64,000 bases of DNA from assembly GCA_032718475.1 (NCBI GenBank), contig JAUCBJ010000530.1:35991-99990 (forward strand), read 5' to 3'. This DNA comes from Nemertoderma westbladi. Lineage: Eukaryota > Animalia > Xenacoelomorpha. Made by a program: the position numbers and the translations under genes. Below, piece after piece: positions 13,901 to 28,900 of the stretch; position 1 is the stretch's first letter, and each line of letters begins with the position of its first letter. Under the pieces are notes generated by a model. The model saw nothing but the letters and a program-made list of their open reading frames with translations. It had not been told where the DNA came from and searched no databases.

Positions 13901-16900
13901 AATTATAGTATAAAAACATAAAATGTATCCAGTTATTAACAAATTTGTCTCTAATTGTATATAAATTTATTACCTGCACATGTAATGACACCATCTCCTG
14001 TATATCCAGTTTTGCAACTACAACTAAATCCACCATCAGTATTGGAACAGTCAGCATTAATGTGGCAGTTGTCTGTGTTTAATGTACATTCATCATCATC
14101 TATAAAATTATTTTAAATTTATTTTTTAAGTAAATATAATTATAGTATAAACATATAAAATGTTTTTAGCTATTAACAAATTATATCTATAATTGTATAT
14201 AAATTTATTACCTAAACATGTAGTGACACCATCTCCTGTATATCCTGATTTGCAACTACAACTAAATCCACCAGCAGTATTGGAACAGTCAGCATTAATG
14301 TGGCAGTTGTGTGTGTTTAATGTACATTCATCATCATCTATAAAATTATATTAAATTCATTTTTTAAGTAAATACAATTATAGTATAATAACATAAAATG
14401 TATCCAGTTATTAACAAATTTGTCTCTAATTGTATATAAATTTATTACCTGCACATGTAATGACACCATCTCCTGTATATCCAGTTTTGCAACTACAACT
14501 AAATCCACCAGCAGTATTGGAACAGTCAGCATTAATGTGGCAGTTGTCTGTGTTTAATGTACATTCATCATCATCTATAAAATTATTTTAAATTCATTTT
14601 GTAGGTAAATATAATTTTAGTATAAAAACAGAAAATGTGTTTAGCTATTAACAAATTCAGTCTAGATAGTTAGTTATATATGAATTGATTACCTAAACAT
14701 GTAGTGACACCATCTCCTGTATATCCTGATTTGCAACTACAACTAAATCCACCAGCAGTATTGGAACAGTCAGCATTAATGTGGCAGTTGTCTGTGTTTA
14801 ATGTACATTCATCATCATCTATAAAATTATATTAAATTCATTTTTTAAGTAAATACAATTATAGTATAAAAACATAAAATGTATCCAGTTATTAACAAAT
14901 TTGTCTCTAATTGTATATAAATTTATTACCTGCACATGTAATGACACCATCTCCTGTATATCCAGTTTTGCAACTACAACTAAATCCACCAGCAGTATTG
15001 GAACAGTCAGCATTAATGTGGCAGTTGTCTGTGTTTAATGTACATTCATCATCATCTATAAAATTTTATTAAATTCATTTTGTAGGTAAATATAATTATA
15101 GTATAAAAACAGAAATTGTGTTTAGCTATTAACACATTCTGTCTAGATAGTTATATTTGAATTTATTACCTAAACATGTAGTGACACCATCTCCTGTATA
15201 TCCAGTTTTGCAACTACAACTAAATCCACCATCAGTATTGGAACAGTCAGCATTTATTTATTTATTTCGTACATATTAAATTGCATTACAACAACTAATA
15301 GTACAGCATACATAGTGGAAAAGCACAAGAATATGAATATGAGCCTAAACTACTATAGTACAATATTGAATATATATAATGCTAATTACGTAGTACAACT
15401 AAATATCAATATAACGATCGCCTAGTTCAACTAGTAAATAGTTACAAAGTGTTTACAATAATTACAAATTAGATCAAATCGATATACATTTACAATCGTT
15501 GTATCACATATGAAAAATTGAAAAATCCTATTTAAATTATAATTTCGGGATTATTTCTAAAGGTTACGAAGCACATATATAATTTAAAATATCATTAAGT
15601 TCCTCTGTGGAGAAACCTGGTACGAATAAATCGTCCTCCCCATGTTTACAATTGACCAATTCACGACAAAGATTAATATATGGTAAATTAGAATCATTTA
15701 CAAACCAAGAAATATTATTGCACATTTTCGCTGTCACACAATGAATAGCTAGATTACATTTATTGGCGATACGCTTAAGATTCGTACCACTAATCGACCT
15801 ACAGTCGTATAATGTAAGATTTGCAAGAAAACGAATACTAGGTTTTGCGCAATTAGAAATTGATGTGGCAAAATTAACAAAGCGGCTGCATAACATCGTC
15901 ATAGGATACGGAAAATCTGAAAGCCCCTCAACAAAAAATCTGTGTGTATTGTAAGGTAATTTCCAGGTTAAACGAAAGTTAATATTCCAACTAGTAATCA
16001 GCTTATGACAACTATCACTCCAATATCCCATAGAATACTACCGTAGAAACTTGTAGCAAAAATGTGCTGAATTTTACAGATACTGTGTGGATGAGCAAAG
16101 CTAAATTCACGTCTAATACAATTCAATTTACCTATGAATTTACCTCTTTTACTTAAAATATCTTTATAGAATTTGCCCTCAAAATCAAAAATGTTTCCCA
16201 AATGTGTCGCTTCTATAACCCATGGTAAAATAATGTTACGAATTCGAAAAGTAGCTACTGGGACATTCCAACTGAAATCAAAAGGGATGCACTTCGATTT
16301 ACTTTTAACCGCGTCACGGTTGGTACTAAACGACATATGAAATTCATCAGCAAACGTGACACATATATTTAACATCTGTTGCAACCCTTTAATTGACGGG
16401 CACACTAAGAAAATATTGTCAGCGTATACGAACACACCTACAAATCTGGATGCAATGTGACAACCAAGGGCACTGGCTCTAAGTTTAATAATTAGTTTGT
16501 TTATAATAACACAAAACAAAATCGGTGAAGCCCCCGAATCCTTGTCTGACACCATTGCCAATACTGAAAGTTCTCGAACATGTTGAACCCCACTTGACAA
16601 AACAATATTGACCATTATACATAAATAATAATGTACGCAAAAACAACGAAGAAAACCCTTTATTGAAAAGTTCTAGGAATAACGACTTCCATTCAATCAT
16701 ATCAAATGCCTTAGTTAAATCTAATAAGCATCCAAAAACAGGGGTGGAATTAATGTGGCAGTTGTCTCTGTTTAATGTACATTCATCATCATCTATAAAA
16801 TTATATTAAATTCATTTTGTTGGTAAATATAATTTTAGTATAAAAACAGAAATAATGTGTTTAGCTATTAACAAATTCTGTCAAGATAGTTATATATGAA

Positions 16901-19900
16901 TTTATTACCTAAACATGTAGTGACACCATCTCCTGTATATCCAGTTTTGCAACTACAACTAAATCCACCATCAGTATTGGAACAGTCAGCATTAATGTGG
17001 CAATTGTCTGTGTTTAATGTACATTCATCATCATCTGAAATAATTATTTTAAATTTACTCATTAAGTAAATATAATTATATAACAACATAAAATATTTTC
17101 CGCTATTAACAAATTATATGAATGAATTTCCGCACAGATTGTAGCATACATGCAACTACCAATAAACGGACTAAACCTGAATTACTGTAATGGTAACTTT
17201 TGCTATTTTGATTTTGATATTTATATTTTAATATAAGTTTTATTGTTTATTTATTGTTTATTGTTTAAGAACAATTCCCACACAAAGCATGCAGCACAGT
17301 GGTAATATACTGAAAAATATAATAATGTATGTATATTATGTAAATACCGGTAGTGTAATTATTGTACTACATATAATAATACATACTCTGTGTAGATGGT
17401 GACTGGACGAGCAAGCCCATTAGTCCTACTAGGATCGGCATGTTGCATTGCAGCTGCATTTTTAAGAATGCTGTGCCGGCTTGTCCACTAGTCCCGATCC
17501 CATTAGTCCACTCACCATTTACACTCAATAACAAAACATACAATTACTTAAAGGGTCTACAGTACTAACTTATTCTACACCATACCAAGAAGATTAAACA
17601 TTGTGCGAAAAATATTATTTACGTTATTTTGGTATGGTTTATAATATCGTACAGTATTGAGTAAATGAATATGTTCAAATATATTATTTTGCATGCAAAC
17701 ACTACTGTAAAAATCCTAAATACTACTAAAATGAATTGCCGTGCCGTATTAGTACATAATTCCAAACATACAAATCTACATATTCTATAGTACTAACTTA
17801 TTAAACACCAAAACAACCAGCTGATACATATCATGTGAAAAATATTACTTACAGTACGGTTTATAATATTGTACAGTATTGAGTATCCGGATATGTGCAT
17901 ATATAGTCTATTGCATGCAAGCACTACTGTAAAATTATGTATGGCCTTTACGAGATTCCGGTTGATGTCGACCCATTTAGCAGTAGAGACTGGGAGGTGG
18001 TCTCGTGTTCCTGCCGACTCCAGGATCTGTAAGTGTGGTCTGGTGCAAACCGAAGCCCACGTAATTTGCGAGTGCACCCTGCTTAGCGATTTGCGTCGGG
18101 CAAATAATTTATCCTGCATTATTTGCCGTGATAGTTTTTCATTTGGACATTTTAAGAATTGTGAACTAATTGAACTCGTTTGTTTTGCTGGCTTTGCACG
18201 ATATTATATAAGTATTTTGTTAATAGTTTAGTAATAATTTTATCCTAACTATAGGAATATAGTATTTATAAGAATTATCAGTTCTTATGAATATAGTATT
18301 TATAAGAATTATCAGTTCTTATATATCTCTACGGTATCATATAATAGTCAGTATTGTTAGTGTCATGTATGTTTGTATTTGTCAGTCGCTTGTGGTCTTC
18401 GAACTTATTTGTCAATAAACACATCTATCTATCTAAAAATCCTAAATACTACCAATATTAATTGAACAGTTCGAAATGACAACATTATTGGAAAAGAAAG
18501 AAAGTAAGACTAATAAATCAATGAATACTAATAGTACAGTCTATTGCCATTTAGAAGCGAGCCTTCCAAAGCACGCTTAAACACAGAAAGAGTTTGAGAT
18601 TGGCTCACAGAGGGTGGGATGGAATTCCATACTGTAGGGGCTTGGACTCTAATAGATTGTCGGGCTATTTCGAGTTGAGTACGAGGTATTACACAGATGT
18701 TGTTTGTGGCGCTATGTGTACGGTGGTTATGTGTAGTTGACGTGAGCGTTAGTAATGATGTGAGTATATCAGTAGGAAGTAGATTGTGTAAGTGCTTGTA
18801 ACATAGTAAGCTAACTTGTTTAATATAAATAGATCTTATGGTTAGGGGATTAAATTCGGTGTGTCCGCTATCAGTAACTATGTTTTTTGCTCTCGGTTGT
18901 AACTTATGTAGCATGTTAACAGAAGTGGTTCTCTCTGCTGTATTCCGTCTGCGTCTACGTCGTCTGCACCTGCGCGTGGTCGATAAAGTAATGGATGGGG
19001 AGTTGTTTGTTAGTGTTTTAAATGCCCAGACAACAGTGCAATAGTAAAAGTATGGGCTCACCAGTGAGTGATAAAGTGTAGCTAACACAGTGGGAGTTGC
19101 AAAATTTTAAATTTTATTTAATAAACCTATAGTTCTACTTACCTTACTGCGTATGGAATCCAGGTGAAACTTCCAGCTGAGATTCTCATGTATCATTACT
19201 CCCAGGAATTTAAGAACTTTTACTTGTTTAATTGGTAGGCCGCTAACCATTATAGTTTGCGAATGCTCGTTTTCATAGCGTTTGTTCGGCGTTTTAAAAA
19301 TTATGAAACTTGTTTTTTTTTATATTTTAATGATAAGCGATTACTCTGAAACCATAGTGAGTTTTTCCAATTCAATGTTTGCATTTGTAATTAGATCTTT
19401 GTGATTCTTATTGGACATTAATATGTTTGTGTCATCTGCGAATAAAATCTGGTGTGAAGTGGAAGACACATTTACCATGTCATTAATATAAATTATAAAC
19501 AATAAGGGACCCAGAAGGGAACCCTGAGGGACACCACATGTTATTTTACCACAAGATGAATTACTACTATTACCTATAACAACATACTGTTTTCTATCAG
19601 TGAGGTAGCTTTGTATCCACGCTATTGCCATATCACTGAATCCATAATGCCGTCATTTTTGTATTAAAATTCCATGGTTTACCGTATCGAAAGCTTTGGA
19701 TAAATCGATTGATATTCCAATTGAATATTCACCTCTATCCATTACTTCGGTTATATTTTCAATTAAATCTAGGAGAGCTAATTGGGTGGAACGTTTGGTT
19801 CGAAAGCCGTATTGATTGGAAAATAGGATAGCCTGTTCTCTAAGGTGTTTTAAAATTTGGTAGTGAATAATTCAACAATTTAACAATTCAATTCAACATT

Positions 19901-22900
19901 TATATATGATGACGCGACGCCAGTCAGTCAGACGTGCCTACTACATGTCCAAGCTTTCAGCTGTGACTCTTGTTCGGCTCCGTTCATTGAGAAGTCTTTC
20001 AACGACCACTCGCTGACTTGTTGTTCCGGTTCGCAAAGCAGCTGCCCCCACTGTAAATAGAAAGTTACAACCACGAACTGCTTGGCTTGCGATATCTGTG
20101 GATCCTGTGTACACGGATCATGTTTAAGACTTTCAGGCAGTGGAATACAAATACTGGCGAAGTGCAAATATTGCAGAATAGTTTGCAACATTTGCGATGT
20201 GAAATGTACACTGTTTGACTGGTGCTGCAGCTGGAATTTCTTAATCGCAGGAATTACTTACCCGCCTAGATTCATCGTTAAATACTAATTTCTCCGATCT
20301 CAGCTTCAAAATCCACTGGGAGATTGACTCAGCTCTAGATGAATTTTCAGCACAGTCAGATGTCTGGAGGTAAGTAACTCCAAAATACCAATGAAGCAAG
20401 ACTTCCTTAACTCTGGGCGACGTTAGCAAGGAAGTTGCTGAGCAACAAAAACCATCAGTTAACATTGTTATAAAGGGCCTTGAACAATCAGAAAACCAGT
20501 CCAATTACTCGAGTAAGGTGAGCAATGAATACTTTCAAACTCGAAAATTCATTAGATATTTCTTTTCAGTAGAAAGGGAACTTCAGACAACAGTAAACCG
20601 TCAATGGTTATCGTTAAGTTAATCTCAGCCTCAGCTGATCGAAAAGAGATCAGATGACTGAGTTGAAGGAGGGGTTCTCTTTCTTGTCTGCAACTGTTTG
20701 AAAAATACACTGGTTATACTTCCAAGCAAATTCCAGCATAAGGATATCGCAGTTGACCTTCTGGGTGCCCCTGCTTGATTTATTTGTTCTTATCATCCAT
20801 CAACTGTAAGAAATGTTCCTGATTTTAGTTTGAATCTTTGTGAAATTCGCGGCCTACTTAGTGATGTAAACCAGCCATGCATCATTACTGGTAATTTAAA
20901 TTTGCCCTTCTTTGACTGGGACAATTTCTCTCACCATGACGATGTACTCTACTCTAGGTTCGCTACCCTAGCTTTTGAAGCAGACCTAATACAGGTCCAG
21001 CGGGAGCCCACCCGAGGTGCCTATATCTTGTATTTACCATGGATGATCAGCTTATTATGCGTGTTGCTGTGTCTGCTCCCTTATCTACCAGTGAGCACGC
21101 CACCGTTTCATTTGATATTTCAAGTAAGCTGCATTATGAACACACAGATTCATACAACCAAGACGGATACTTTGACTTTTCCAATGGTGATTATAATGGT
21201 TTTAAATCCGTTATGAAATATGTCAAATGGGATGAACTTTTCGCAAGATGTTCAACTGTAAATGACTATTTCCAGTCTTTCAGCAGCTTTATAAAAGGTG
21301 GTATTAGTTTGTTCATTCCTTTCGAGAAATTTGGACCTCTCAAAAAGAAAATGTATCCCAGCCATGTCACCATTTTACAGCATGCATAAAAATGCCTGTG
21401 GCGTAGACATCAGCGGATTGGCAGCACACAACAGAGTCGCATCGACATCACGAGCTGTACACCATGCAACCTGTGAAAGGGAAACCCGTGTTCTCAGGTC
21501 CTGAAATCCCAGTGCCATTTTTTGATACATAAACAAAAAACGTAATAACATGTTGGGCATCGGACCCTTAAAACACAATGGTGAAACTATAGTAGATGCA
21601 AAAACTAATGATTCTATTTATTCGTCTGTCTTTTCTGAAAACTTTTCAATTGATAATAATGTTCAGTTAAATTTATCTCATTTTAATTTTGATCCAGTGA
21701 ACATTTTAGTAGCTTTAACTAATCTCGCACCTTACATTCTTTCTAAACTAGCTTGTACCATTGTAGCCACTTGGTCTGTTATTTTCCATGTTTCTTTTGG
21801 GACCTACACATTGCCTTATTTTTGGCTTACAGCTCACATAATACCAATGTTCAAGAAAGGAGACCCTACTGACCCTTATAATTAGAGGCCAATATCGCTG
21901 ACCTGTATATCATGTAAGATAATGGAGATGATTATTAAGGACACTTTAATTTAAAGTCGCTGGTCATAAATGTCTTGTAATTTACACTGGTGCTACTAAT
22001 TCTTAATGCAATTATCATCTTAACAATACTGTGCTTAAATCAGACTCTTTCTCCAAGGATCTAGGCTTGACAATTTCGCCAGACCTTAAATTCAACTTGT
22101 ACTGCAAGGATCAGACTGCCAAAGCATACAAAGTAATAAAAATATAAATAACATAATTTATAGTAATAGGTCTGCTTTACTCAAAGCTAATAGATCTCAG
22201 GTGCGTCCCTTATTAGGATATTATACATACACCAGCTTGGTCACCATTTACCAAAGGTAATGTTAAATAAACACCGTCTACTACCAAAGGTAATGTTAAA
22301 CTCATTGAACGTGTCCAGTGTTACTTTAAAAGGCGTTTATTTTACCGTTGTAACACAGCAATTAATAGCTATTGTGAACGATTAACCAACTAAACTTGCA
22401 GCCACTTGAGGTTTGCAGAGGTAGATGCTGAATTCACTCCACAGACTTGACATCTTCAATAGGCACTAGGGCTTCATCCATTGGAGGTTGCCATGTAAAC
22501 TAGCTCCACCTACTTAACATAAATAAATCAGCTGATTCTTTGTTCATTTGACAGCAGTAGTACTACCGGTAGGCTTGATTTGATTACACAATTACTGAAT
22601 TAGGCCTACAACACAGGGGCGCCTGAAGCATGGGGGCAGGGGTGTAAGCGGATTCAATTCCACTTCATTACCCACCAGAAAATGGGAACAGTGGCATTTT
22701 CCAATATAGTTGGGGATGCGAGATTGCCAATATTAATCACGCCTCATAACCAACATGGGGGGGGGGGGGGGGCGACATAAGCCCTAAAGCCACAGAGAGA
22801 GGCGAGAGGTCAAACCACCTCGGAGGGAATACAGCTAGTAGAGGCTAGCAGCGGGGGGAAACACTCACAGGTAGTGCCAAAGTAACAATTAGTATATTAG

Positions 22901-25900
22901 CCAATAGCGGGGAGGGAAGCACGTGATTAGAGATAGGAAAGCATCCACTGGGTACAGAGGGCCAAGTACAGTAAGAGGTGAAATCAATATCCGTGTGTGT
23001 TAATCATATATTATTCTGCACTACTGATTTACCGGTCAGTTCATTAGTTACTCAGTTGCAGACTGGTCATAGTTTATGACTGTCACCGCCACTAACATCA
23101 TATATTACTGTGTATTTTCTGCTGTTACCGATTTACCGTGATATCACTGATTTACCGATTGTGCTGTTATTGCTTGGAGTATAAACATTGAGAATCAGAA
23201 ACTCTATTGTTTTTCCCCGACGGCCTTCGGCCAAACCCAGTACAACTGCCCAGCAGAATGGTGACGCGTACAAATCTAACCCGGTCGGAATCTTAGGATC
23301 CCGCCACAATGTGGGGCAGCAATGTGCCCTTCCAGAATTAACTCACACAATGGAAACGGCACACACTATCTGACTATTAATTAATATATGTAAAATCATT
23401 GCAAAAATGTTAAGTTAGCAGCCAGACTAGATAGGATCCACTGGTGGCCAAAGGAAGTTTAACTTTAGCTAAATATAAGAATATATAAGGAATAAAACAC
23501 AGACGAAATTACAAAAAGGAAAAGAACTACCCCAGGAGGCGGTATGTCTGATTTTGTTATTCATTCGAAAACTCCCATAGAGGTTACAAATATGTGTGAG
23601 AAGAAGAGGCTCCTTGTTGAGTTTTATGAAGCAATTGAATCCACAAGTCAATCACTCAAGAAACGATTTGACCAAGAAGACCTCAAGACACCTGCGAAAT
23701 ATAGAACAGTGCTTGTTGGATGCTGAAGACAAGGAAGGAACTCTAGATGATGTCCAACAGTCCAAGAAAAACTCGCCCATTTCTCTAAGCTAATTAAAGT
23801 CGATATGTTGACTGAAGAGCTTCGAGAGTTACTTGTCCATATCAAAATTCACAACAAAGAGAACTCTATACCAATCAGAAGGGTAACTAAACTTAACACA
23901 CTATGTGAAATTCTAGCATCCAAAGAAAGTAGCAAGGAATTCATGCTCGCAATTCGCACGATTCGAATTCAAGTTATGTAAGTTAATTGCAGTATACAAT
24001 CCGGTATACAATCCTTGCATCTGCTACAGCAGAGCGCTGTTTCAGTGCCATGCGATGCACAAAATCATGGCTGCGATCCAAAATGTCAGCCAACAGCCTA
24101 AGCAATAGAATGTTTGCTGTACTTCACAAGGAATGCATTGACAACATCGTTTCTGAGTAAGTCGCTAGGGAATTTATTGTAAAAACTGATAGGCAGAAAA
24201 AATATTTCGGGAAATTTCAACTAAATTATCGTGAGTCCTTCAATTTTATAATTCCAATCTCATTTCAATTATGAATTTTACTTAATTTTTAACTTACTAA
24301 CTTACTAATTTTTATGAATATTACAATTTTTTTTTTAATGTATGTTTAATATTTTTAATGTGTATACAGTATATTTTGTATGTATTGACTTTTATGTATA
24401 TGCAATACAATGCAAACTTGTAATTAATAAATAAGCCTATTATTTAATACTTAATCCATTTGAATTTTTTGTCACTAAATTGTAATATTATTTATTATCT
24501 TATTATATAAAAGTTCATCTTAATTCATACAATTTTAAATTCAAATCTCTTTTGAATTATAACTGGCAAACATTATGCGACTTAAGCTGTCTTTGTTACA
24601 ATAATTAGGCCCTTGTGCAATGTTTCATACAAAATTTTTTTTAATGTACGAATATGTGTTAAAAGTCCTATATATATTATGTATGTATTGATTTTTATGT
24701 ACAAATATGAAACACAATGTAAACTTGAAATTAATAAGCACTATTTAATACACCACGTTTGCATTTTTTGTCACTTATTTATAATATTATTATATATACT
24801 GTAGTATTATAAAAAAAGTTCATCAAATTCATTCAATTTTAAATATCCTTTTAATTATATATTTGGTAAACATTCTGGTGCTTAGGCTGTAATGATTATC
24901 TTTAATTAGTGCAATTTTTAATTGTTTACAATGCAAACTTGTTAATTAATAAGTATTATTAAATAAATACATCTCATTTGAATTTTTTGTAACTTTTTTT
25001 ATAATATCATCGTATAATAAAAAGTGCCCTTTTTTAGCAGCTGCCCCTGTCGCACAAATTTGCTTCAGGCGCCCCTGCTACAACATGAAATAAGTGAGTC
25101 TGCTAGTATATTTGCAGATGCGAACATGCATGCTTAGCCTGCATGTACGGGTTCCATGGTGCTACAGCCACCATCTGAATGGAACTTGCGTATCAGATCA
25201 GCAGATAGATATAGATCTTACTCAAGGACTACTATACAACAGGACTTGCATACTGCCTGATCGAACTTCGCTAGCGAAGTCCATTCATTTCACACTGCAG
25301 TATTGCTGTAAGCTGTACTGCTACCGTAGAATGATTTATTATACCAGTATCTGATTGTCTGAGTGTATACTTAACCTACAAACACAGAAACAGACAGATT
25401 AACAGTTTTACTGGTTTAGTTATAGTCCTACCGCTGGTATATCCCTGGGGAATAGTAGTTACTACATTAACTACTATACTATTTACCTATAATACAGTAA
25501 TCAGGTAATAGGTATTTAAGGTCTGAATTACAACATTCTGACATTAGGCTAAACTACTCCGACTTCGCTAGCGAAGTCGGATGAAGGGGTGTGCCAGTCC
25601 TGTAGTATAGTAGTCCTTGCTCTTACCGGAACTGGTAGGCCTACCGCAGTACCGGTAGTCAGTCATCAATTTATTTCAGATTTATAGCCTACCGCGCTAC
25701 CGGTCAGCCGCTAGTCGTTTTTTTTAGTCTTTTTATTAGCCATTCTGCCATTGACTCCTCTATTAGCCCATATTCTGTTGTTCCTGTATTCTGACATTAC
25801 AGCATTAATTAGCAATATTTAACTCATCTGCTAATTCCTCTATATTCTAATTCGTCTATACTGCTAATTCCTGTACAGCTGTAGGCCATATTTGTAATAT

Positions 25901-28900
25901 TTCAGTATATTACAGTATTAATTGAGATTTTACTGTCAACTGGTCAAGACTGTTCTCTATCTATATACTGCCTTACTGACAGACTGGACTGGTATATCAT
26001 ATTCGAAAGTTAATTATGTCTGGATCTGGTTGCTCTTTCGCCTCCAAGGACCATGTTGAGGGAGTAATTTCGGCGTTTGAGGAAGCTGGTGGCTTCCAGT
26101 ACACTGTGCGTACCACTTCGGTCCCGTTATCCCAATTCTGGGACCCGGATCTGGGAGTGTTCGTCGGTGCGCCATACACGCACTTGATGGCATGTGGAAT
26201 GGGTAGAGTTCCTGACGTCAGCATACTCTGTTCGTCAGTGTGGCTCGCCAACAATGGTTTTGCATATTTGCAAAGGACTACCACGGAAATGTATGTGAAC
26301 TTTATTATTATATAGTGTTCTTTATTCTAGAGCTCTACAGCTCTATGAACTATTAGTAGTACAGTAGTACTATTTATTAGTACCAGTAAATATTTCTACT
26401 AAATCTTACTTTGTAGGTCTATGACACATATATTTATGGTGATTGGGTGATATACAATACATGTACCAGATACACAGACAAGATACATGTGTACGGTACA
26501 GTGTGGTTTGCTATACAAACCTTAATGAATACTGCTCACTGTGACTGATTTAAACACATCCTTGAATATTATTCTCAAATTTTAATAATTTATAATAATA
26601 TAGCCTACTCACCCCAATGCATTGTTTATTCTTTTTTGATATAATAGATAGTAACTTTATTTTTATTATTGAGTCAACTTAGTTTAATTCATTATGTTTG
26701 CATTGCATTCCTTAGGCAGGTGTCAGGAATAATACGATGAAGGGGGAATGTAAGTCGGAGATTGCAATCAAGAAAGTTGTTGCGTTCCATGACTTTGCTG
26801 TTGGTGGCAACACCACCAGCAGAATGAAGATGAAGGCTGCCAGTGATGTCAAGGAGGCCCTTCGTCTTGGTTCTGCCACCAGGGAGTGCCACTATGGTAA
26901 TGCTGGGGGCCTGACAGTCTACTGGGTTATGGTCCCCGATGTACATATATATTCCCAGCAACTTTTTTAAAAACCTTTTTTACATCCAATTTTTAGATTA
27001 GAGCTAATATTCGATAAATTGAGTGATTTGATATTATATATAAATCACTGGACATGTTAGCTATTTGTTTTAAAATAATTGTTATTTTCTTGAGCAACAA
27101 GTTTCTGTGTATGAGGGGTTCCAGCAACAAGTTGCTGAAACAAGTTTCTGAAACAAGTTGCAGAAACAAGTTGCAGCAACTTGTTTCTGTGTGTGAGGGG
27201 GTCCAGCAACAAGTTTCAGAAACAAGTTGCAGAAACAAGTTGCTCCGTGTGAGGGGGGCCTTATATTCTATTTATAGCTTGCATTTAAGGCAAAGCAGTC
27301 CCCGGCTATTTAATTTTGTCTTTCTCGTTGAAACCGGTGCCATAGCATAATCTATAGTAAAGCATTATATAGCGCGGGCAATGCCCGCATGCTGAATACC
27401 TATGTGTGGGCAATGCCCGCACGAAAGGGTTAAAAGCTTGATTGCTCTCGTTATGAATATCTGATCACCGATTATACATCTTACAACATTCCACCTGTTC
27501 TGAACAAATTAATATTATTATCCTTCATAGTGCTAAACCGGCTGGTTTAGGAGTATATTCAATGCAGTTCTTGTATCCATTAAAATACTCGTTGCACTCT
27601 TCCTGTACATCTGGTCATCAAAATATACAACTTACATCATTCCATTACCGGTTTTGAACCAAAATGATAACTCTTTCAATATGCTACAGTATATCAGACG
27701 GTTTAGGATTATATATAGCCAAAGCAGTACTCGTCTTCATTATAAACATCGTTGCGTTCGTCCTGTTTTGACTGAAAGTATTTTTCACAAACTTACACTT
27801 ACGACCTTTATAACTATGTAAATTCTCGAAACTGCACTTGGAACTGCTGATTTATGGCAGATGGACATACATACTGTACAATGTAGTTCATACCAAGCTT
27901 TTGAGAAAATACCGACAGCGTTACATAGGCCTATACGGCAGGTTGGTTGGAAATAGCTGCATTGAAACGGCAATTCTAACCATAATATTTCATGCCTGCA
28001 TTTTTAAGAATGCTGTGCAGGCTTGTCGACAAAATTGCGCCGCCACAACTCCCTATCACCCATGACATTTGCTAGATCATCCACATCTTCAAGGCCAGGG
28101 TCCTTTAAGATGCGTCTCAAGAAAGTCATGGGCTGTCCACCATGTTTATTCACTCCATGAGGCTGCCAAAGTACAAGATTATGCACTGGCTGGTCCTCAC
28201 GGCGAAAGCGGAGGCGATTTTGTTGTAGTGTCAAACTTGGGGGAACCAATGAGACACCTCCAATGTTATATAGTGTCTGGTTGGAGATGTGTGCATTGTA
28301 CTTGACACAATGAACCCGGCGTAGCATTCTTGTGAATGTGCCATCCAGAGATTTGGTGTCCTCAGCAGTTAGAGCCCAGCATGGACTCCCATAGAGGAGT
28401 ACTGAAACTACTGCTGCTCTAAATAATCGGACCTTAAGTTTCCAATTAATTCTCGGTGACTTCAAAATCCTGGAAAGCCTATTCAAGGCTGCCCATACCT
28501 TTCCCTTACGTATTCGAGGGTCCTCACCTGACTTCCGGATCCATGATCCCAGGTAACAGAAGTCGTCCACATGCTCAAGCATACCATCCTTCGAGCTTAT
28601 GTTCATCCGAACAGCTGACGACTGAATTGCTGAGGACTTTCAAAGTTAACTGTCAAAATTTTGCTCTTTCTGGAGTTAATAAAAAGACCAACACTAGAAG
28701 CAGCATGTTCTAATGAGCTGAGGAGCGTCCCCTCTAGTGATTCTGAGAGTACTCCTAAGTCATCAGCAAAGTCTAAATCAGTTAGGTACTTGGCGGCTTC
28801 CTCGACTTCTAGAGCCAGTAGGTAGAGTTATCATCACCCCACCCCATATGGTAGAACATAGTCAACCATAATTATGAACAAGAATGGTACAAGTGTGTCT

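Noticed and set aside
9822-15013. Tandem 64-aa ORFs MLTVPIL[M/L]VDLVVVA... as a small-protein family
   Set aside because: They are an off-frame reading of each EGF exon running into the intron.
9696-15055. CRISPR-like array or plain satellite
   Set aside because: The 'spacers' are themselves repeated GT-AG introns and the 'repeats' are 126-nt in-frame EGF exons; eukaryotic context, no cas genes.
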